A DNA stretch of 64,000 nucleotides from Chrysomallon squamiferum (Eukaryota; Animalia; Mollusca). This document shows, piece after piece, positions 54,978 to 64,000 of this stretch. Every line of letters begins with the position of its first letter. The stretch's first letter is position 1. The stretch is from NCBI GenBank assembly GCA_012295275.1, contig CM022677.1, forward strand, positions 7,688,001 to 7,752,000, in the 5' to 3' direction. The notes beneath the pieces were generated by a model. The model saw nothing but the letters and a program-made list of their open reading frames with translations, was not told where the DNA came from and searched no databases. The translations under genes and the position numbers were made by a program.

Positions 54978-55985
54978 CTGAAATAAAAATATACAGTTGA
55001 GACAGTTGTCCTAAATCATTGTCAAAAATTCCACAATAAGGACTAATGATTAATTTTAAGAACTGTTAGTAATCACAACAATGTGACAGAACTTGATGGA
55101 ATGAACTAAAAAATAATTTACAGTGACACATGATAACTATATCATAACAGATTCCAATGCTTTTCAGTTCTAATAACAAAATGTTAATGTCATTCTGCAC
55201 TAGGTATGTGAATTCAGTCATTTTGATTACTTTTTTGGAACACTTAGAACTGATTCTATACATCTAATTTTAGATTTGATTAAAAATATAAGTTAATAAT
55301 CTGGCTACATTAAATGTATCCACAATAATAATCTTTTAATCCCAAAAGATAAGGAGAATTCTAATTAATTAATAATAATTAATTGCTAATGTTTTGAATG
55401 AGATGATATAATTAATTCATAAAAAATATATATATATCAGATTTGAATCCTGAATGAAATAATTCAGACAATCGTATGATACTGCAACATTGACAAGGAA
55501 ACTAATCACTTCTGTGTCATCTCATATATAAAGTTTTGACTGGTAGGAAACAGAGTTGTAAGGATTTACACCTGCTTCTTCCTTCTCAATGGCAGTTTAG
55601 AACATAATTACCACCAACTTGATACCTATGCATTTGGAAGGTACATTTTTCAGGAATATCGTGGAATTTTTATAAAACAGCATTAGGAAATGAAGTACTG
55701 GTTTTTACAGGTTTGTTTTATTTTAATTATTCTTTTTCTTATTGTTGTGGTGGTGGTGGTTGTTGCTGTTGCTATTATTACTATTCATGTTGTTACATAT
55801 TTTAAAATAATTATTTGAAATTCTATTTTTCTTCATTAAAACAAATAAAAAATAAATAAAATAAAAATAAAAATAAATTTAACATCCCTTCATCTCTCTG
55901 CAAAAATATAAATTAAGAACATTTAAAGATATCAAACAAACTACATAAGTATAAAATCTACTGATGTGTCTTTTGTCTGACTTAC

Positions 55986-56557
55986 CTGAAAGGTCTTCCA
56001 AGCTGGTTAAGAAAATCCTCTGAAATGCTGGACATCACAAGATCCAAAGTTTGTGCTGGTGGTATGATAGCTATATTTAAACAACTATCTTGTTTCATGT
56101 ATGAGTCACTGTTTTCTACTATTTAGCCATATTTGCCTAAATAAACAAATATAGAACAAAAAGTATTAAAAAAATCCGGTATAATTTTCTAATGTGATTA
56201 ATTAATTTATCATAATTATAATTTTCTGCTATACACTGAAACAAACAAAACTTCTTAACAGTCAGCTGGGCTTATGTACTATTAGTTAGTATCATCCAGA
56301 GCTTCTCTTTAAAGTAAATATTTTGAAATCATCTCTCATATTCAGTTATCTGGTATACCTTTACCTTCACCCTATTTTCTCTAATAAATTTATTTAAAAA
56401 GGGCACTTACCTGGAAACCCATCCATATTTCTTCTTATCTACTGCACTTCTTGTTTACAATAAAAGCTGATTTAACCTTTACACTTCTTCTTTTCAATAT
56501 CAGTCTATGATGTAAATAATAACACATCTCCTTAATTTCAGGAGTTCTCACTTCTTC
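55986..56557 (-). pseudogene. Two upstream exon-like segments, possibly 5' exons of the IRAG-like copy; duplicated at ~60294-60865
   Basis: 56557-56411 and 56136-55986 have AG acceptors and CAG|GTAAGT donors. Spliced, they read MDGFPGKYG*IVENSDSYMKQDSCLNIAIIPPAQTLDLVMSSISEDFLNQLGRPF. No family was recognised. Confidence 0.4.
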
Positions 56558-56797
56558 CTTTTTAATAGAAAAAAAAAATATATATATATACACTATGGAC
56601 TGTGCTTTTTATAAAGTTAAAATTGAGATTTACTTATACTACCATAGAATTTTAAAAGTAATTTTTGATTGTTATTGTGAATGAAACTGCTTTGGAAAAT
56701 CAATATTTATACATCTTCCATTGTTAATAAAGAAACATGCATAGACTGTTCAATATTAATTTTCATATTGCATTCTTATTTATTTTAAATTTTCTGA

Positions 56798-56830
<33 letters not shown>

Positions 56831-57705
56831 AATAAATAACTAAAATAGAATTTAAAAAAAAAGAAGGTTGTTTAGGTCAAATTTCTGTTGTTTTAGAAAA
56901 TGAGAACTGATATAAACACTACAATCTTAGAGGTCCTTAGTTCCGAATCGTGAGTGTTCCCAATCGTTTGTCTTTATTTTGTTTTATTTATTTATTTATT
57001 TATTTATTTATTTTGTATCATGCCTACCTTGATGTCATTAACATTATTAATAAGTGAATATTTCTTATCAGCGAGTTCAATGGTAAACGAAGATTAAAAT
57101 GTTTTTCTAGCAGACGCGAAGTGACGTGCGTGTCGGAAATGAGTCTCGATTACGATATTAGTTTCAAGTCATTTAAAAGAAAAAAGACTACCGTGTATCA
57201 AACATTTCGGAGGCCAAGACAAAATAAAAAAAATTTTTCTTTTTATACTCTTTAATACTGTTTGATGTCGTTAAAAAATTAATCTCTTATTTCTTACTAT
57301 TATCAGGCATATCTAATTATCACTGTAAGATTGTCGTTTTACTAACAGAAAACTACATTAATTTCTCCTGCATTTCTAACATATTTATTTTTAAAAAGTC
57401 TTCTGCTACCATTACAGCCGTTTACTAAAATAGGATAAAACTAATATTCAGATAATATATATTATAAATACATTAACTTACTTTATCACATTCTGACAAA
57501 ATTTTCAGCCGATAACTTGAGATAACAAAACAGCAAATATCTTTGATTTACAAGCATCTGAGCCCAAATACGTGATATTTTTTTATTAAGAATTCGCGTC
57601 TTTTGCAATTATAATATTAAAATAGATAGTGTTCGTGGGAAGTGATGTTATATTTTAAAGGAGAAGGATTATTTTAAGAAATATCTAGAAATACAGATTA
57701 ATGTG

Positions 57706-57954
57706 CAGTGGCGTGCAAAGGTCTGGTGATGCCCGGGGCCAACGCCTTGATTGTATGCCCCAAGGATTCGAGAAATATTTTGAGAAAGGAAGATATTTTG
57801 AATATGTAAAAACAGAATAAAATAAAATAAACGCTTTATTGATTTAAATACAAATCAACCAATTTTATTAACCTCTTTTCTCTGATTGGATGCCCTCCCC
57901 ATTTAGATGTACGAGAACACAGTCCCTCGATCCCCCCCCCGCTGCACGCCACTG
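57706..57954. mobile_element. 249-bp hAT-type MITE with 12-bp TIRs and 8-bp TSD
   Basis: TIRs CAGTGGCGTGCA ... TGCACGCCACTG, flanked by TTAATGTG at 57698-57705 and 57955-57962. Confidence 0.9.
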
Positions 57955-59458
57955 TTAATGTGCCTTTAATTACACTGGTACAGACTCCATAGGAAAAGGT
58001 TACGAAAAAAAGTCAGATAAAAAGGAAATATTTAATTGTAAACAACATTAACGTGAAATTTAATTTAATTCTAAACAACACTAACGTGATATTTTAATAA
58101 GATGAATAATTTTCTGCAAATAACTTAAGCCATTAATATCAGCGTTCCACCGCCGTGTAAAATACATTGAAAAATCTTTAGTGTTTCTACTGTAGTGTCC
58201 TTTTTTAAATTAACAGTGTTACAGTTATGTAACGCCTAGAAGATACAAATATATTAACGTGATATTTGATTGTAGTTCTCTACAAATTACGTTACATTTA
58301 CTGCTGGTAACTGTTTTTAATGTAATAACGAATATTCTGTTAGGAATACTGTTACCGTGATGATTTTTACACGGCGTAATGAAAAAAGAGTTTTGTAGTT
58401 TACATGATATTTTAGATATTTAGATATTTAGGATTTCTTCGATAATATCCCTTTTTACAGTTACGCAGATCTAATACAATAATTCTGAATTACAATAAAA
58501 TGAGAAGCAATACTATTAACCGAATATTTAAAAAAAAAAAAAAAACTACAACAGATGTTTCTAGACTAACGTCCTTTGTTTTATTAACATAACTAGCTTA
58601 CAGAGGTGGCTCCTAGAATAAAAGTGAAAAGTGCTGGACCAAGTTCATATAAAAAATAAAATATATTGATAATTATAGTTTATGGCGATAACGTTTAATT
58701 TATTCAGACACTGATATTATAATTACTCCTCATACTTTCTCAGCGGGCGTAATCACCTATTAAAATATATTACTTACGGTATACTTCTACTTATTCTTTT
58801 CGTTTTTATTAACTATCATTTATACTTTCAACAAATAATGGAAACTGGCTCTTTATAAATTTATGAATTTAACATATGGTAATATTGAAGTATTTCGCTC
58901 TAAATCATTTTACAGAATTAGACGAATTCATCGAGAAGTAGTAAATCAAATTTCTTTCGACATTGCATATGCATTATTGGTCTAAGGGAAATAACTCTAC
59001 ATACTTTTTTTTACTTCTTTTTGGAGAAATACAGAGAAGGTTTTCAAATAAAGGTTACTGTGAGTAACAATATTTTACAGCTTAATCATTTAACTTATAG
59101 GTATAATATCATTTAACTTGGATGAGTGTAGTTTTTTTAAGTAATCAAACATCTGAGACTACTCGACAGCGAAGTTTTCTGTTGAAAAAATGGCGACGTA
59201 ATTCACATTTATACATAAAACCAGCGACGTTTATATTATAAATTGATACTGAGTGAACATAACGTGATGTTTTATTATGTTTAACTTCATTTTGCATCAC
59301 ACAAAATACTGATAATTTCACGTACATTTTATTCTACTAGGAGAAATGTTATATAGTTAATTTTTAAGTTACATCACAGAAAACATGCCTGGCCTCCTGA
59401 ATTAGTGTTTTATGAGATATGAGGATATTTTTAGTTAGCTAGTCGAAATTGATTCATC

Positions 59459-61103
59459 TCCAATGCTTTTCAGTTCTAATAACAAAATGTTAATGTCATT
59501 CTGCACTAGGTATGTGAATTCAGTCATTTTGATTACTTTTTTGGAACACTTAGAACTGATTCTATACATCTAATTTTAGATTTGATTAAAAATATAAGTT
59601 AATAATCTGGCTACATTAAATGTATCCACAATAATAATCTTTTAATCCCAAAAGATAAGGAGAATTCTAATTAATTAATAATAATTAATTGCTAATGTTT
59701 TGAATGAGATGATATAATTAATTCATAAAAAATATATATATATCAGATTTGAATCCTGAATGAAATAATTCAGACAATCGTATGATACTGCAACATTGAC
59801 AAGGAAACTAATCACTTCTGTGTCATCTCATATATAAAGTTTTGACTGGTAGGAAACAGAGTTGTAAGGATTTACACCTGCTTCTTCCTTCTCAATGGCA
59901 GTTTAGAACATAATTACCACCAACTTGATACCTATGCATTTGGAAGGTACATTTTTCAGGAATATCGTGGAATTTTTATAAAACAGCATCAGGAAATGAA
60001 GTACTGGTTTTTACAGGTTTGTTTTATTTTAATTATTCTTTTTCTTATTGTTGTGGTGGTGGTGGTTGTTGCTGTTGCTATTATTACTATTCATGTTGTT
60101 ACATATTTTTTTAAATAATTATCTGAAATTCTATTTTTCTTCATTAAAACAAATAAAAAATAAATAAAATAAAAATAAAAATAAATTTAACATCCCTTCA
60201 TCTCTCTGCAAAAATATAAATTAAGAACATTTAAAGATATCAAACAAACTACATAAGTATAAAATCTACTGATGTGTCTTTTGTCTGACTTACCTGAAAG
60301 GTCTTCCAAGCTGGTTAAGAAAATCCTCTGAAATGCTGGACATCACAAGATCCAAAGTTTGTGCTGGTGGTATGATAGCTATATTTAAACAACTATCTTG
60401 TTTCATGTATGAGTCACTGTTTTCTACTATTTAGCCATATTTGCCTAAATAAACAAATATAGAACAAAAAGTATTAAAAAAATCCGGTATAATTTTCTAA
60501 TGTGATTAATTAATTTATCATAATTATAATTTTCTGCTATACACTGAAACAAACAAAACTTCTTAACAGTCAGCTGGGCTTATGTACTATTAGTTAGTAT
60601 CATCCAGAGCTTCTCTTTAAAGTAAATATTTTGAAATCATCTCTCATATTCAGTTATCTGGTATACCTTTACCTTCACCCTATTTTCTCTAATAAATTTA
60701 TTTAAAAAGGGCACTTACCTGGAAACCCATCCATATTTCTTCTTATCTACTGCACTTCTTGTTTACAATAAAAGCTGATTTAACCTTTACACTTCTTCTT
60801 TTCAATATCAGTCTATGATGTAAATAATAACACATCTCCTTAATTTCAGGAGTTCTCACTTCTTCCTTTTTAATAGAAAAAAAAAATATATATATACACT
60901 ATGGACTGTGCTTTTTATAAAGTTAAAATTGAGATTTACTTATACTACCATAGAATTTTAAAAGTAATTTTTGATTGTTATTGTGAATGAAACTGCTTTG
61001 GAAAATCAATATTTATACATCTTCCATTGTTAATAAAGAAACATGCATAGACTGTTCAATATTAATTTTCATATTGCATTCTTATTTATTTTAAATTTTC
61101 TGA

Positions 61104-61142
<39 letters not shown>

Positions 61143-63764
61143 AATAAATAACTAAAATAGAATTTAAAAAAAAAGAAGGTTGTTTAGGTCAAATTTCTGT
61201 TGTTTTAGAAAATGAGAACTGATATAAACACTACAATCTTAGAGGTCCTTAGTTCCGAATCGTGAGTGTTCCCAATCGTTTGTCTTTATTTTGTTTTATT
61301 TATTTATTTATTTATTTATTTATTTTGTATCATGCCTACCTTGATGTCATTAACATTATTAATAAGTGAATATTTCTTATCAGCGAATTCAAAATGATCT
61401 ATAATCGTTCAATGGTAAACGAAGATTAAAATGTTTTTCTAGCAGACGTGCGTGTCGGAAATGAGTCTCGATTACGATATTAGTTTCAAGTCATTTAAAA
61501 GAAAAAAGACTACCGTGTATCAAACATTTCGGAGGCCAAGACAAAATAAAAAACTTTTTTCTTTTTATACTCTTTAATACTGTTTGATGTCGTTAAAAAA
61601 TTAATCTCTTATTTCTTACTATTATCAGGCATATCTAATTATCACTGTAAGATTGTCGTTTTACTAACAGAAAACTACATTAATTTCTCCTGCATTTCTA
61701 ACATATTTATTTTTAAAAAGTCTTCTGCTACCATTACAGCCGTTTACTAAAATAGGATAAAACTAATATTCAGATAATATATATTATAAATACATTAACT
61801 TACTTTATCACATTCTGACAAAATTTTCAGCCGATAACTTGAGATAACAAAACAGCAAATATCTTTGATTTACAAGCATCTGAGCCCAAATACGTGATAT
61901 TTTTTTATTAAGAATTCGCGTCTTTTGCAATTATAATATTAAAATAGATAGTGTTCGTGGGAAGTGATGTTATATTTTAAAGGAGAAGGATTATTTTAAG
62001 AAATATCTAGAAATACAGATTAATGTGCAGTGGCGTGCAAAGGTCTGGTGATGCCCGGGGCCAACGCCTTGATTGTATGCCCCAAGGATTCGAGAAATAT
62101 TTTGAGAAAGGAAGATATTTTGAATATGTAAAAACAGAATAAAATAAAATAAACGCTTTATTGATTTAAATACAAATCAACCAATTTTATTAACCTCTTT
62201 TCTCTGATTGGATGCCCTCCCCATTTAGATGTACGAGAACACAGTCCCTCGATCCCCCCCCCGCTGCACGCCACTGTTAATGTGCCTTTAATTACACTGG
62301 TACAGACTCCATAGGAAAAGGTTACGAAAAAAAGTCAGATAAAAAGGAAATATTTAATTGTAAACAACATTAACGTGAAATTTAATTTAATTCTAAACAA
62401 CACTAACGTGATATTTTAATAAGATGAATAATTTTCTGCAAATAACTTAAGCCATTAATATCAGCGTTCCACCGCCGTGTAAAATACATTGAAAAATCTT
62501 TAGTGTTTCTACTGTAGTGTCCTTTTTTAAATTAACAGTGTTACAGTTATGTAACGCCTAGAAGATACAAATATATTAACGTGATATTTGATTGTAGTTC
62601 TCTACAAATTACGTTACATTTACTGCTGGTAACTGTTTTTAATGTAATAACGAATATTCTGTTAGGAATACTGTTACCGTGATGATTTTTACACGGCGTA
62701 ATGAAAAAAGAGTTTTGTAGTTTACATGATATTTTAGATATTTAGATATTTAGGATTTCTTCGATAATATCCCTTTTTACAGTTACGCAGATCTAATACA
62801 ATAATTCTGAATTACAATAAAATGAGAAGCAATACTATTAACCGAATATTTAAAAAAAAAAAAAACTACAACAGATGTTTCTAGACTAACGTCCTTTGTT
62901 TTATTAACATAACTAGCTTACAGAGGTGGCTCCTAGAATAAAAGTGAAAAGTGCTGGACCAAGTTCATATAAAAAATAAAATATATTGATAATTATAGTT
63001 TATGGCGATAACGTTTAATTTATTCAGACACTGATATTATAATTACTCCTCATACTTTCTCAGCGGGCGTAATCACCTATTAAAATATATTACTTACGGT
63101 ATACTTCTACTTATTCTTTTCGTTTTTATTAACTATCATTTATACTTTCAACAAATAATGGAAACTGGCTCTTTATAAACTTATGAATTTAACATATGGT
63201 AATATTGAAATATTTCGCTCTAAATCATTTTACAGAATTAGACGAATTCATCGAGAAGTAGTAAATCAAATTTCTTTCGACATTGCATATGCATTATTGG
63301 TCTACATACTTTTTTTTACTTCTTTTTGGAGAAATACAGAGAAGGTTTTCAAATAAAGGTTACTGTGAGTAACAATATTTTACAGCTTAATCATTTAACT
63401 TATAGGTATAATATCATTTAACTTGGATGAGTGTAGTTTTTTTAAGTAATCAAACATCTGAGACTACTCGACAGCGAAGTTTTCTGTTGAAAAAATGGCG
63501 ACGTAATTCACATTTATACATAAAACCAGCGACGTTTATATTATAAATTGATACTGAGTGAACATAACGTGATGTTTTATTATGTTTAACTTCATTTTGC
63601 ATCACACAAAATACTGATAATTTCACGTACATTTTATTCTACTAGGAGAAATGTTATATAGTTAATTTTTAAGTTACATCACAGAAAACATGCCTGGCCT
63701 CCTGAATTAGTGTTTTATGAGATATGAGGATATTTTTAGTTAGCTAGTCGAAATTGATTCATCT
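59459..63764 (+). repeat. 4.3-kb tandem duplication, copy 2
   Basis: Near-identical to copy 1, differing by a few SNPs and indels of 20, 10 and 15 bp. Ends GATTCATCT at 63764. Confidence 0.97.
62028..62276. mobile_element. Same hAT-type MITE, carried in duplication copy 2
   Basis: Identical TIRs and TTAATGTG TSD. Confidence 0.9.
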
Positions 63765-64000
63765 TATTAAAACTTAGCAATCTCTTTACTGTGAAGTAAA
63801 TCTGAATGTTTCTTAATGATTATTTCAGGCATAGATTATTTATACTTTATCATTCTATTTTTGGTTGAACCTCGGTTTATTCATATAATGAAAATCACCT
63901 TTATCTTTCTCCATCTCACTGACTCCAGCTTAGAAAAAGTATATTTGTAAAATATACCCAACGCTTTGCCAGGAATTTAAATATACTACTGTCAGGAAGA

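Larger units (their letters stand above)
55153..59458 (+). repeat. 4.3-kb tandem duplication, copy 1
   Basis: Begins TCCAATGCTTTTCAGTTCTAATAAC and is repeated from 59459 (offset 4306). The identical 60-aa pseudo-ORF appears at 59145 and 63450. Confidence 0.97.

Noticed and set aside
59145-59327. Identical 60-aa ORF present twice
   Set aside because: It is an antisense read of a dispersed repeat inside the tandem duplication, with no recognisable domain.

Overview
Very AT-rich, microsatellite-dense eukaryotic DNA with GT-AG introns. It is probably from an invertebrate, most likely a mollusc (inference from the gene families and TTAGGG-type repeats). Almost all ORFs in the supplied track are low-complexity artefacts. 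Manual translation on both strands shows a 'pseudogene graveyard': a mosaic of duplicated, intron-containing, decayed fragments of unrelated genes. These are CAMSAP/Patronin (two copies), MCC (7 exons), IRAG/LRMP (two copies), an LRR+RRM gene (8 exons) and an NHL beta-propeller exon. There is also an intronless prolyl 4-hydroxylase alpha ORF with a single frameshift just before its last catalytic residues. Mobile-element traces include a MULE transposase fragment fused to telomere-like repeats, a Sola-like transposase remnant, an intact 249-bp hAT-type MITE with an 8-bp TSD, and hAT-like ends. Large-scale structure: a ~1.5-kb inverted duplication brackets the only plus-strand host pseudogene, and there is a near-identical 4.3-kb tandem duplication at 55.15-63.76 kb. 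Family assignments come from recalled motifs, not database searches. No RNA genes, CRISPR arrays or prokaryotic systems were seen, and I found no firm evidence of a novel functional system beyond the hypotheses listed.
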